DNA of 64,000 bases from Octopus sinensis (Eukaryota): positions 106,888,001 to 106,952,000 of the forward strand of contig NC_043003.1 in assembly GCF_006345805.1 (NCBI RefSeq), written 5' to 3'. Position 1 is the stretch's first letter. Each line of letters begins with the position of its first letter. Below are positions 25,780 through 38,367 of the stretch, piece by piece. The position numbers and the translations under genes are program-made. The notes under the pieces were generated by a model that had not been told where the DNA came from, made no database searches, and saw only the letters and a program-made list of their open reading frames with translations.

Positions 25780-26015
25780 GACATGTATATATATACATAT
25801 GTATGTATTAATATATATATAATATATATATATATGTATATATATATATACATAGATATGTAATATATACATATATATGTATATGCATATATACATATAT
25901 ATATATATGTATATACATATATATATATATATGTATATATATATACATAGATATGTATATTTATACATATATATATATATATATTATAATATATATATAT
26001 ACATATATATATATT

Positions 26016-26324
26016 ATCACATGATCACATGACCGACCAGTCCATCAGATGTAGTTACACCATCGCTGGTCACAATGCGTTTGCATTGTTTTAGCCTTCA
26101 AATGATGCCACCCCGCTGGCTAAACAAGCAGGCCAACAGAAGAAAGAGTGAGAGAAAGAGTGGTGAAAGAGTTCAGCAGGGATCACCACCACTCCATGCC
26201 GGAGCCTCGTGAAGCTTTTAGGTGTTTTCGCTCAATAAACATTCACGACGCCCGGTCTGGGAATCGAAACCGTGATCCTGCAACCGCGAGTCTGCTGCCC
26301 TAACCACTGGGCCATTGCGCCTCC
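26016..26324 (-). mobile_element. tRNA(Arg)-like-headed SINE (family C), different tail
   Basis: 5' ~190 nt match 32653 onward; the 3' part is unrelated. Confidence 0.8.
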
Positions 26325-26504
26325 ACATATATATATATATATACATATATAGCTTTTGACTGATGCCACTCCACTGACCACTTGAGCAGGCCAACATTCC
26401 CCACCCCACAACCGGAAGGCCAGTCCATTGCGGGGTGTAACCATTTACAGCTGAGTGGACTGGAGCAATATGAAATGAAGTGCTCTGCTCAACAACAAAA
26501 TCAA

Positions 26505-26850
26505 CACCACCACTTGTTTTTTAAGTGTGGTACTTATTTTGTCAGTCTCTTTTGCTGAACTGCTTGTTTGCAGGATGTAAATAGACCAACACTGGTTATC
26601 AAACAGCGGGGGGAACAAACACAGACACAAATGCACACACACTCATATACATACACATGTGTGTGTGTGTGTGTGTGTGTGTGTACATATATGACAGGCT
26701 TCCACACAGTTTCCATCTACTAGATTCACTCACACAGCATTGGTCACACTGGAGCTATAGTAGAAGACATTTGCTCTAAGTGTCACACAGTAGGACTGAA
26801 CCTGAAACCACATGGTTATAAAGTGGGCCCCTTAACCACACAGCCATGCA
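26505..26850 (-). mobile_element. SINE family A, diverged
   Basis: Reverse-oriented head, core and tail motifs. Confidence 0.7.
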
Positions 26851-26940
26851 CAATACAAACATCACAGAATCACAGCATTGTCAAGACTTTCAGATGTTGT
26901 AATACATCGCTGGACCCAATATGCTTTGCATCATTTTTTT

Positions 26941-27170
26941 AGCTTTTGACTGATGCCACTCCACTGACCACTTGAGCAGGCCAGCATTCCCCACCCTACA
27001 ACCGGAAGGCCAGTCCATTGCGGGGTGCAACCATTTACAGCTGAGAGGACTGGAGCAATATGAAATGAAGTGCTCTGCTCAACAACAAAATGTGCTGCCT
27101 GGTCTAGGAATTGAACCCATGGTCTAGCAATTGTGATTGCAACACCCTAACCACTGAGCCACATGCCTTC
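26941..27170 (-). mobile_element. SINE with the family-D-like core and a different tail; its 3' ~150 bp is repeated at 26351-26499
   Basis: Shares the CAGCTGAGTGGACTGGAGCAA core; tRNA-like head at 27095-27170. Confidence 0.7.
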
Positions 27171-27469
27171 ACACAATACATAAAAACGATAGAATAGCTA
27201 AATAAATAAAATCATGAATAAACTCTGTTAATGTTCATATTTTGAATTATTTTGATTTGGAACCAAGCCACAGATTTATAAAAATGGCAAAAAAATTTGG
27301 ATATTGCCATGTATATTCCTCCCACAAGAATCTTAGGCAGCAGAGAGGAAGAAGAATGTCTGGAACAGAAATTGAAAAGAAGATCATTTCAGATTAGACA
27401 CATCATTAGAGAGTTAGCTCTTAGTTACATGTCATTTACCTTGTATACATAAATACCATGTTAGGGAGG

Positions 27470-27722
27470 CTGTATATATATATATAAATGTGTATATATA
27501 TATATATCTAATGTGTATATATATATATATATAAATAGTATATATATATATTGTATTATATATATATATATTATGTATATATATATAATATATATATTAT
27601 ATATAACTATATATATATATATATTATATTATAATTTATTTATATATAATATATTATGTATGTATATATATCTATATATATATATATATATGTATGATAT
27701 ATATATCTATATATATAGTATG

Positions 27723-27761
<39 letters not shown>

Positions 27762-27770
27762 ATATATATC

Positions 27771-27801
<31 letters not shown>

Positions 27802-27810
27802 ATATATATC

Positions 27811-27843
<33 letters not shown>

Positions 27844-27969
27844 ATATATATCTATATATCTATATATATATATATGTATGTATATATATATCTATATATA
27901 TATATATATATATATAGTATATATATATCTATTATATATATGGTATATTATATGTTATATATAATATAG

Positions 27970-28001
<32 letters not shown>

Positions 28002-28908
28002 GTATATATATTATATGTATATATATATATGTGTATATTATATGTATATATATATATGTGTATATATATATAATGTATATATATATGTGTTATATATATA
28101 TATATACATATATATATATGTATATATATATTATATATACATATATATATATGTATATATATATTGTATATATATATATAATATGTATATATATATTGTA
28201 CATATATATATATATACATATTTATTTATATGTATATATATATATAATTATATAGATATGTATATAATATGTATATATAATATGTATATATATATAGTAT
28301 ATACACTTGCGTCAGAAATTAATTAGCACTTCTCAAATTTCTACATTAAATAGGTTAATCAATAACTATGAGCTGTTCAAAACGTCTTACGCGATGAGAA
28401 AACTTAGTATGGTGTGATTTCGGTCCTTGCGAGGCGCTACCTATATCTATTAACAAAGGAAGATTTGTCTGCATCCGCACTCCAATTTGTTGCACTGCCT
28501 ATGTCAACATCATAAGGCTGTAGACTCTCAAACTGCTCTGCAAACAAAGTTACGTCATCATTCTGCGCAACAGTGAACTCGGAACAAAGCAATAGTTCGA
28601 GATATATGGCCACTAGGTGACAGCACATACCTTGAGTGAAGAGCAAATCAGGGTGCTAATTAATTCTGATGGTAGTGTATATATATACATATATATATGT
28701 ATATATATATATGTATATATATATATGTATGTATCTATATATATGTATATATATATATGTATATATATATGTATATATTATATATATGATATATATATAT
28801 GTACATGTATATATATATGTATATAATATGTTATATATATATGTATATATATATATATGTAATATATATGTACCTGTATATATATGATATATATATATAT
28901 ATCTATAC

Positions 28909-28941
<33 letters not shown>

Positions 28942-28970
28942 CATATAATTAGGTATATATATATGTATTG

Positions 28971-29020
<50 letters not shown>

Positions 29021-29155
29021 ATATATATATATACGTATATATATATATACATATACACATTTATATATGTATAAATATATATATGTATATGTGATATATA
29101 TGTATATATGTATGTGTATATATATATGCATTTATATATACTATATTTATATATA
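27470..29155. repeat. Two large (TA)n-rich compound microsatellites (27470-28305, 28670-29155)
   Basis: Direct inspection. Confidence 0.95.
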
Positions 29156-29529
29156 CTTCTTTGTCTCTCCACAGCCTTCCACCCTGGAATACTCCCTCTT
29201 CCCCCATCCATACTCTGCTCTCCCCACTTCCCCCTCTAGGGTGCCTCCCACCCCTATGTCTACATACAATGGTCAACGGAATAAACGTCTTTTATATGAA
29301 AACAAGCGATGGTTGGCAACAGGAAAGGCATCCAGACGACGTAAGGCAATGCTTCAAAGAATTTTGTGCCAGCCAAGGTCAGTTTGGAGAAGTCATTGGA
29401 GAGGACGACTGACGCCAGAAGGAAATTCTTTATTCTTCAAACGGATTCTTTTTCTCTTGACTTCAATTTGACAGCCATGAGGATACGACCAGTGAAAGCA
29501 ACCACCTGTTTCTTATCTTTCAGGAAGGT

Positions 29530-29563
29530 TCTACATACACACACTACATATACTTGCATGCAT

Positions 29564-29609
<46 letters not shown>

Positions 29610-30205
29610 TCATGCACATGTGCCTATACATGCACACACAGGCATACACACACATCTACACACACATATATATACACATACATGTGCACATGCACACACA
29701 CACGCAAACACGCATACACACACATGTAAATGCACACATCTGGCACGCACAAATTAGAACACATACACGTACACACACACACTCACATGCACACAAACAC
29801 ATACACACAAGCATCCATGGTGACATACAGATACACACGAATGTACACACCTATTTGTATGTATGTATGTATGTGTATCTGTGTGTGTGTATCTGTGTGT
29901 GTATGTGTGTATCTGTGTGTGTGTGTGTATCTGTGTACATGCATGCGTGTGTATCTGTATGTGTACAAGCATGTGTGTGTATCTGTGCATGCGTGTGTGT
30001 ATCTGTGTGTGTGTATCTGTGTGCATGCATGCGTGTGTATCTATATGTGTACAAGCATGTGTGTGTATCTGTGCATGCGTGTGTGTATCTGTGTGTGTAT
30101 GTGTGTATCTGTGTGTATTAGTGTGTGTGCATGTGCTTGTGTGTATCTGAGTGTGTGTGTGTGTGTGGGTGTGTGCATGTGGGTGTGTGTGTGTGTGTGT
30201 GTGTA
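29530..30205. repeat. (CA)-rich followed by (TG)-rich compound microsatellite
   Basis: CA-rich 29530-29850, then TG-rich 29855-30205. Confidence 0.95.
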
Positions 30206-30712
30206 TCCAGTGAGATATTCCAATAATATTAAAACTTGACTGCAATAATATTTATTCCACTTGCCAATCAAGTGAGGAAATATTCTTTCCTAAAATCATT
30301 TTCTTCTCTCTCCAAATGTCATTTCTCCCAAGCTTACCATTCTTATATTCTGTCTCAGATATTCCTTCACTACTTATTTCACTATTGTTTCTCATAAGAA
30401 CTCAGACAAACCATTGTTATGGCTTCAGAATCGTTCCATTTTAAGCAATTCCTTTTCTCTTAACCAAACAATATCAATTTCTCTCTATTTCCAAGATGCA
30501 GGTATGATGGCGGTTTAGTTAAGAAGCTCCCTTTACAACCACGTGGTTTCAGGTTCATTCCCACTGCATGACACCTTGGGTCTTCTACTATAGCTCCAGT
30601 CTGACCGATGCTGTGTGAGTGAATTTGGTAGATGGAAACTGTGTGGAAGCCCATCATGTATATATTATCAAAACAGGAGATTGGGCAAACTTTTGTTGTT
30701 ATTTATTCATTA

Positions 30713-31122
30713 CTAGCAGCATAACCCGGTGTTGCCCGGGTATGTAATCTAGTCCTTTCCCTCTAGGGAATGAAGGCGCATGTGTAGGTTGCAATGTCTT
30801 CTCTTCACTCGAATACTTCTGTGTATACAATGTTCCTAGCTGTCCCTTTGGGCGATAAAAAGGTCGAGTTGTGTCCCCTAGACAGAAAATCTGTTGCATA
30901 TAAAAAGCTTAGATTCTCGACCCCATGTCGAATTTAACGATTTTTTTCAGAACTGGGGGAACTTTTCAAAATTTTCACTGCGTTAGTTTTGAATTATGAC
31001 ATTGGGCTATGTGTGTGTTAAGTTTCATCAGAATCGGTTGAAAGCCGTGGTCAGGGTGAGGGTACAACATGACAGACACACAGACACACAGACAGACAAA
31101 CTGCCGTTTATATAGAGAGAGA
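30713..31122 (-). mobile_element. Non-autonomous Helitron
   Basis: On the minus strand: A|TC start, hairpin CCCGGGCAACACCGGG, CTAG|T end. Confidence 0.9.
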
Positions 31123-31262
31123 TTATTTCTTCACATGTTTCGTTTACTGTTCGCAAATGGAATTCGTGGAATGGTGAATATATAATATCAAAAAAAGTTT
31201 CCAATCTCCTGTTTTCATGTTCTTACTCTGCAGAAAATATTTTGCAGTATTTTAAGCTCTTA

Positions 31263-31574
31263 TACGAGGGTGAGTCAAAAAGTAATGCCATTTTGTTTAG
31301 GACAGGTATAATTACCAACACAGGAACATGTATCCTACATCAAAATGAAGCTGGTCCTCTGTGGATCACATCCCTACTTCTCAACATAGTCACCGTTTCT
31401 CTCAATAGTTCCACTCATTTGAAGTTCCATCTTCAAATGAGAGCATGTGTTCCTGCCCCGTAAAATTCTGTTGACTGTTCTTTGAGCCACTTCTTCACTA
31501 AAGTTTTCACTTCCTTGTCACTGGAATAATGTTTGCCTCTCAAACCCTCTTTCATGGGGCCAAAGAGATGATAG
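31263..31574 (-). mobile_element. mariner transposon 3' fragment
   Basis: TA|CGAGGGTGAGTCAAAAAGT terminus; minus strand YHLFGPMKEGLRGKHYSSDKEVKTLVKKWLKEQSTEFY matches the mariner transposase C-terminus. Confidence 0.9.
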
Positions 31575-31621
31575 TTGCAACTATGATGTTGTTGGTAAAA
31601 CATGTTCTTTGTCTATTTCCT

Positions 31622-31929
31622 TATCATCATCATCATCATAATCATCATCATCGTTTAACATCCGTTCTCCGCACTAGCACGGGTTGAACGGTTCGACCGG
31701 GGTCTGGGAAACTTGGGGCTGCACCAGGCTCTAGTCTGATCTGGCAGAGTTTCTACAGCTGGATGCCCTTCCTAACGCCAACCACTCCGCGAGTGTAGTG
31801 GGTGCTTTTTACGTGCCACATGCACAGGTGCCAGGGGGGCCCGGCATCGGCCACGATCGGTTGGAGCTTGTGGCCAATGCCCTCCCTGGCACCTGTGCAG
31901 GTGGCACGTAAAAAGCACCCACTACACTC
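31622..31929 (-). mobile_element. RTE 3'-tail copy with a foldback at its 5' end
   Basis: Tail motifs present; 31791-31836 is inverted at 31884-31929. Confidence 0.85.
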
Positions 31930-32139
31930 TTGGAGATTTTAGATAAAATTATACTAACATGTCCTTCTAATTCAATTAAATTCTATCTTTGTGCAGCTGA
32001 AGATTGCCCTACATTTTAAATTGATGTAATGAAATGATTGCCTTGTTTAATTAAATGGAGGCGCATGATGAAACGATCATACTGCATTACCTCTGGATAT
32101 CCTGTTGCTTATTTTGATTATATTTATATATATATATAC

Positions 32140-32181
<42 letters not shown>

Positions 32182-32652
32182 TGTATATATTATATATATA
32201 TTATAATAAATATCCTGGAAACAGCTGTAAGACCTTCTATCTATAAATGTTCTAATATCTATACAGCCTTGGTTTTCTTATCTCATTACGCAAAAAATTC
32301 ATATACATACATACATACATTCATACATACATATATACATACATACATTCATACATACATATATATATGTATGTATGTATGTATATATATATATATATGC
32401 AAATACTTATGAATCATATCTCTGCTTCTTGTAATGTTCCAGTATGTATTTCTGTGTGTGTGTGTGTATGTGTTTGTGTTTGTATGTGTGTATGTATATG
32501 TGTTTGTTTTGTGTTTGTGTATGTTCATATGTGTTTATGTTTGTGTGTGTATATGTATATTTGTGAGTGTTGTGTTTGTGTGTTTGTGTTTGTGTTTGTG
32601 TGTGTGTGTGTGTGTGTTGCATGTTTGTGTGCATGTATATGTGTGTGTGTGT

Positions 32653-32938
32653 GGAGGCGCAATGGCCCAGTGGTTAGGGCAGCAGACTCGCGGTCGTAGG
32701 ATCGCGGTTTTGATTCCCAGACCGGGCGTTGTGAGTGTTTATTGAGCGAAAACACCTAAAAGCTCCACGAGGCTCCGGCAGGGATGGTGGTGATCCCTGC
32801 TGTACTCTTTCACCACAACTTTCTCTCACTCTTACTTCCTGTTTCTGTTGTACCTGTATTTCAAAGGGCCGGCCTTGTCACTCTCTGTGTCACGCTGAAT
32901 ATCCCCGGGAACTACGTTAAGGGTACACGTGTCTGTGA
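32653..32938 (+). mobile_element. tRNA(Arg)-like-headed SINE (family C)
   Basis: GGCGCAATGGCCCAGTGGTTAGGGCAGCAGACTCGCGGTCG...GATTCCCAG with a TCG-like anticodon arm; possibly the octopus OR-type SINE (unverified). Confidence 0.8.
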
Positions 32939-34263
32939 AGGGTTTTTAGTCAAATGAATCAACCTCAGTACTTAAAACTTGATGCTAATTTTATCAGTCG
33001 CTTTTGGCCAGACTGCTAAGTTATGGGAGACATAAGCACACCAACACCAATTGCCAAGTGTTGTCGGGAGACAGACACAAACACACACACATGTACAACA
33101 CACACACACACACACACGCATTTCCCTCCTCTTTCACTTCACTCTGTCCCTTTTCTTTTTTCTCATCCCTCCCTAATTCTTCTATCCCTCTGCCTCTACC
33201 CCTCTCTCTTCTCTCCCCAGTGACCAGTGTTCAGCCAAGCCTGACCTTTCTTTCTTGGTTTGACTACCATCCATGCAACATCTATATTCCTCCCCATGCA
33301 TGTCATCTCTTATGTCCCTGCTATAAGGCTTCACTTCCACACACGCCAGCTTAATTTAATTCATCCTTAGTCGAAAGACACCTGTTGTTAATGTCCTGTT
33401 GTTTGTAATTATCTACCATTTCTCTGGGGTTTTTTTCCGTCCTTGTTTTCATATACATTCGCTTGCTTTCTTCCAAGGAATCAAGTGCTCTTAGCTTAGA
33501 TTTTCCTTGGGGCTGGCCAGATTGGAGCAATCTCGAGTATAACCAGCCGAAACTGCAAAGATAATCTGGAACTCAACTGACGAAAGAAAACTTATATATA
33601 TACACATAAAATGGGCTTCTTTCAGTTTCCATCTGCTAAATCCACTTACAAGGATGTGGTCAATTGAGGGAGGCTATAATAGAAGTCACTTCCCCAAGGT
33701 ACCGCACAATGGGGATGAACCTGAAACCATGCAGGTGGGAAGCAAAGCTCTTACCACACACCCACACCTGAGAGTCACAACCGAAATTCTACGAGCTTCA
33801 CTTCAACATAACCAGCTTCAAGACTTCATGTATATTCAAAAATACTTCTAACTGATCGACATCAAATTTTAGTGGAACGAAAAACTAATTATACTGCAAA
33901 ATGCATTCGTGTGTATGTGTGTGTGTGTATGCAGTTATGAGTGTATGCTTACGTGTGCATATGTCTATAGTTGTGTGTGTGTATGACTGTTGTGCTTTAT
34001 GAATAATTTTCGATTAGAAGTGGTAATTTTAGTTTCCAAAATATTGGTGTTATTCCCAACATGATGGAAATAAATTTGTTGCTTGTCATGCTTAATAATT
34101 TTCGAAGGTTATCCCTTATGAATAACATTTATTATTAACTATTATTATTGTTGTTGTTATTGTTATTGTTTTTATTATAAATTTAATTTATACATTTATC
34201 TAAAATCTATCAAACTATCTCCAATTCACTCTCACCCCCTCTCTCTCTCTGTATACTCTTTTC

Positions 34264-34661
34264 TCTTTTACTCTTTTACTCTTTTATTTGTTTCAGTCAT
34301 TTGACTGCGGCCATGCTGGAGCACCACCTTTAGTCGATCAAATCGACCCCGGGACTTATTCTTTGTAAGCCCAGTACTTATTCTATCGGTCTCTTTTGCC
34401 GAACCGCTAAGTGACGGGGACGTAAACACACCAGCATCGGTTGTCAAGCAATGCTAGGGGGACAAACACACACACACTTATATATATATACATATATACG
34501 ACAGGCTTCTTTCAGTTCCCGTCTACCAAATCCACTCACAAGGCATTGGTCGGCCTGGGGCTATAGCAGAAGTCACTTGCCCAAGATGCCACGCAGTGGG
34601 ACTGAACCCGGAACCATGTGGTTGGTTAGCAAGCTACTTACCACACAGCCACTCCTGCGCC
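34264..34661 (-). mobile_element. SINE family A
   Basis: Full reverse copy. Confidence 0.9.
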
Positions 34662-34772
34662 TATATATATATATTTATACATTATACTTACATACCTATA
34701 TGTGTGTGTATGTGTATATAGGTATATATATGTATGTATATACACAACACTTGAATACCTATATGTGTATAG

Positions 34773-35110
34773 TGAAGGCACATGGCTCAGTGGTTAGAGT
34801 GTTGAGCTTACGATCGTGAGGTTGTGAGTTCGAATTAGAGACCGGACTGCGTGTTGTGTTCTTGAGCAAGACACTTGATTTCACGTTGCTCCAGTTCACT
34901 CAGCTGTAGAAATGAGTTGCAACGTCACTGGTGCCAAGCTGTATTGGCCCCTTTGCCTTTCCCTTGGATAACACTGGTGGTGTGGAGAGGGGAGGCCGGT
35001 ATGCATGGGTGACTGCTGGTCTTCCATAAACAACCTTGCCCGGACTTGTGCCTGGGATGGTAACTTTCCAGGTGCAATGCCATGGTCAGTCATGACCAAA
35101 GGGAGTCTCA
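34773..35110 (+). mobile_element. tRNA-derived SINE family D
   Basis: TGGCTCAGTGGTTAG A box, GAGTTCGAAT B box, and core CTTGAGCAAGACACTT..TTGCTCCAGTTCACTCAGCTG. Confidence 0.8.
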
Positions 35111-35146
35111 GATATGTGTATAAACATATATATATATATATATATA

Positions 35147-35410
35147 GGCACAGGAGTGGCTGTGTGGTAAGTAGCTTGCTTACCAACCACATGGTTCCGG
35201 GTTCAGTCCCACTGCGTGGTACCTTGGGCAAGTGTCTTCTACTATAGCCTCGGGCCGACCAAAGCCTTGTGAGTGGATTTGGGAGACAGAAACTGAAAGA
35301 AGCCCGTCGTATATATGTATATATATATGTATAGGTATATATCTGTGTTTGTCCCCCCAACATTGCTTGACAACTGACGCTGCTGTCTTTGTGTCCCTGT
35401 AACTTAGCGG
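35147..35410 (+). mobile_element. SINE family A, 3'-truncated
   Basis: Stops at CTTAGCGG, where an inverted-repeat element begins. Confidence 0.85.
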
Positions 35411-36116
35411 ATTTGAATTTAAATTATCATTGTCTTCCTCACGGTTGGTCCGCTGAGAGCCGCCTGACCTCCACCACACCGCACAAGAAAAACATACATA
35501 TCCACAGACTCTGTGGGGTTCCGAATATCATGCATATATCAGAATAACTATATATTTTTGTATATTTTTCCAGTCAGGACAGAAACAATCAATATAGAAG
35601 AGGTCGGGCGGCTCTCAGCAGACCAACCGTGAGGAAGACAATGATAATTTAAATTCAAATCCAATAGTGTATATATGTCATAGGGAAAATTACTAACTGG
35701 AACCCGGACATACATATGTGCCACTATGGATCCTAATGTAAGCGTTATTAATAATATTATGAATGATAATAATGGTAGCATTAATGGTATTGACAACGAT
35801 AATGATGCTAACTTTAATGACACTTTAGAAATTAGTAGGAAGTAATATAATGTACTATTGACTATGTATATTCGCATCTAGGTACTAATTTGTGTATGTT
35901 TATTATCACAATATTAAGTTGAAAAACTGAAACATTGAATGTGGAACATATATATGTTTACTAATTTATATTATTTATTTACATCATTAGGTATATGTAT
36001 ATTTTTATATGTATAGGAGTGTGAGTATATGCACTCATATGTATATGTATATGTTGTATTATGGGTATGTACCCACACCCATATGGGTATATATGTAGAC
36101 TGATTTATATCACATA

Positions 36117-36243
36117 ATCTCCGAAGAGGCCTTATGATATTTTTGTAAATGTCTCATTTATATCTATATATTGACCTACCATAAAAGGCTAATATTGGTA
36201 AAATGAGACATACTTATCTACATGGCCGAAACAGCTGTAAGAT
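36117..36243 (+). ncRNA. Hammerhead-like motif with extended stem II and CCGAAGA core
   Basis: AUCU-CCGAAGA-GGCC..(92 nt with an internal 11-bp IR)..GGCC-GAAAC-AGCU-GUA-AGAU. Confidence 0.5.
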
Positions 36244-36506
36244 GTAATCTATACTTATATTTATATTTACTTATATTTATATTCGCTTTTATATATATTC
36301 TACTTATTATACAACATTACTCTTTTATGTACACTTTTTTATGTACATTCCTTTATGTACACTGATTTATTCTGCTTTTTTATGTTTAACCCTACAGTCT
36401 CTTATGTGGTGGTTTAATAAAGTATGTGATTGAGTATTATCTGGTAATTGATATTTGATTTAGATGTATTTCTCCATTTTCTTATCTTGTATATATATAT
36501 ATAAAG

Positions 36507-36665
36507 TTATAATTTAGGTTATCTAGGAGATACCACCATGCTGGAAATAGCAGTCAAATCTGACTCTAAAACCACATTAAATGTTCGTACAGCACCAGGT
36601 TTTAGAGTCAGGTTTTGACTGCTATTTCCAGCGTGGTGGTATCTCTTAGATACCCTAAATTATAA
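36507..36665. repeat. Hairpin with ~67-bp arms and a 24-nt loop
   Basis: TTATAATTTAGG..CTCTAAAACC / GGTTTTAGAG..CCTAAATTATAA, with few mismatches. Confidence 0.85.
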
Positions 36666-36899
36666 TTTTAATAATAATTATTACCTTTGAAAGTTTTTAT
36701 CCCCATGCTGGCCATTTGATAACATCGATATTTAAATTAACGATCTTATCCTTCTATATATATAATCACCTTAACTCTTTAACTCATTTCAGTCATGCAG
36801 CTTCGGTCATGCTGGAGCACCACTGTGGTCCTTCTGATATCCTCAGTCTAAGGTGCTTCACATCACTACTCTTATATGTGCCTCTGTCCCAGCTGTTGG

Positions 36900-37247
36900 T
36901 CCATTTGGTGTATGAAGGAGTCTCATTCCACTGCCCTCGTCTGCATCTCATATCAGGCTGTTGGTTCATACGTTATTGTAAAGAGGAGGATGATGTCTAG
37001 TTCCTTTGTGAAGACATCTACTTCCACCTTATGTAGACTTCTTAATTTTTGTAGCAGAGCATTGAAGAGCTGTGGGCCTTTGAAACTTAGGCTATTGCAG
37101 TGCCTGATCCTGAATTTAGATGGAGTGGATGGTACCTTTGTTACAATACAATGGCAGCCAATTCCAGCATTTGTGTAACACTCAATGACAAAATTAAGTA
37201 CTAGCCCTTCTATAGTTTTCCATATGTAGATTATTGCATATCTCTCA
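36900..37247 (-). mobile_element. CR1/L2-group LINE 3' fragment
   Basis: ERYAIIYIWKTIEGLV...CNSLSFKGPQLFNALLQKLRSLHKVEVDVFTKELD...YEP resembles the C-terminus of CR1/L2-group ORF2. Confidence 0.75.
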
Positions 37248-37349
37248 TGCTTATATACACACACACACATAATGTATATACACATATATACATATATGCA
37301 TACACACACACACATACATATATACATGTGTATATATGTATATATATAG

Positions 37350-37628
37350 GAAGGAGGCCCCTTTGGTCATGAATGACCATGGGATTGCACCTAGAAAGTT
37401 ACCCTCCGAGGCACAAGTCCGAGCAAGGTTGTTGTCCAAGGGAAAGGCAAAGGCCGATACAGCTTGGTACCAGTGATGTCACAAACCATTTTGTACAACT
37501 GAGTTAACTGGAACAACGTGAAATAAAGTATCTTGCTCAAGAACACAACACGCAGCCCAGACTGGGAATCGAACTCATGACCTCATGATCCTAAGCTCGA
37601 CACTCTAATCACTGAGCCATGCACCTTC
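37350..37628 (-). mobile_element. SINE family D, internally deleted
   Basis: Reverse-complement match to 34773-35110. Confidence 0.8.
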
Positions 37629-37644
37629 ATGTATATATATATAT

Positions 37645-38047
37645 CTCTTTTACTCTTTTACTTGTTTCAGTCATTTGACTGTGGCCATGCTGGAGCACCG
37701 CCTTTTGTTGAGCAAATCGACCCCGGGACTTATTCTTTGTAAGCCCAGTACTTATTCTATTGGTCTCTTTTGCCGAACCGCTAAGTGACGGGGACGTAAA
37801 CACACCAGCATCAGTTGTCAAGCAATGCTAGGGGGACAAACACAGACACACAACCACACACACATACATATATATACATATATACGACAGGCTTCTTTCA
37901 GTTTCCATCTATCAAATCCATTCACAAGGCATTGGTCGGCCCGGGGCTATAGCAGAAGATACTTGCTCAAGATGCCAGGCAGTGGGACTGAACCCGGGAC
38001 CATGTGGTTCATAAGCAAGCTACTTACCACACAGCCACTCCTGCGCC
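37645..38047 (-). mobile_element. SINE family A
   Basis: Full reverse copy. Confidence 0.9.
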
Positions 38048-38367
38048 TATATATATATTTTTTTTTTTTTTTTACATGTGTTGAAAACGGAAAAATAAAA
38101 TGTTCGAAATATTTTTTTAAATGTTATCAAATGGAAACTAGTTTTGAAAAACTAGGTTAACAATGCAAAAAATATTTATCTCAGTAAAAGTAAAAAAGTA
38201 GTTTTTAAAAATTTACGCTTAGAATTACTTGCTGACACACCATTCCTTATTTAATGTTCCAGTTCTTAATGTTCTGAGTTCAAATCTAACCTGGGCTAAT
38301 TTTTCATTTTTGTCTCTCAGGGTTTGAAAAAGAATTAGTACCAGCCTTGTACACAAAGAAGTAGAAT

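Noticed and set aside
32653-32730. tRNA genes (also 41652-41719, 34780-34845 and family A heads)
   Set aside because: They keep A/B boxes but lack intact acceptor stems and continue into SINE bodies.
33360-33595. Further hammerhead (CCGAAAC...CTGACGA)
   Set aside because: The half-motifs are in the wrong order for one ribozyme and the stems cannot be completed; at best a Penelope-type remnant.
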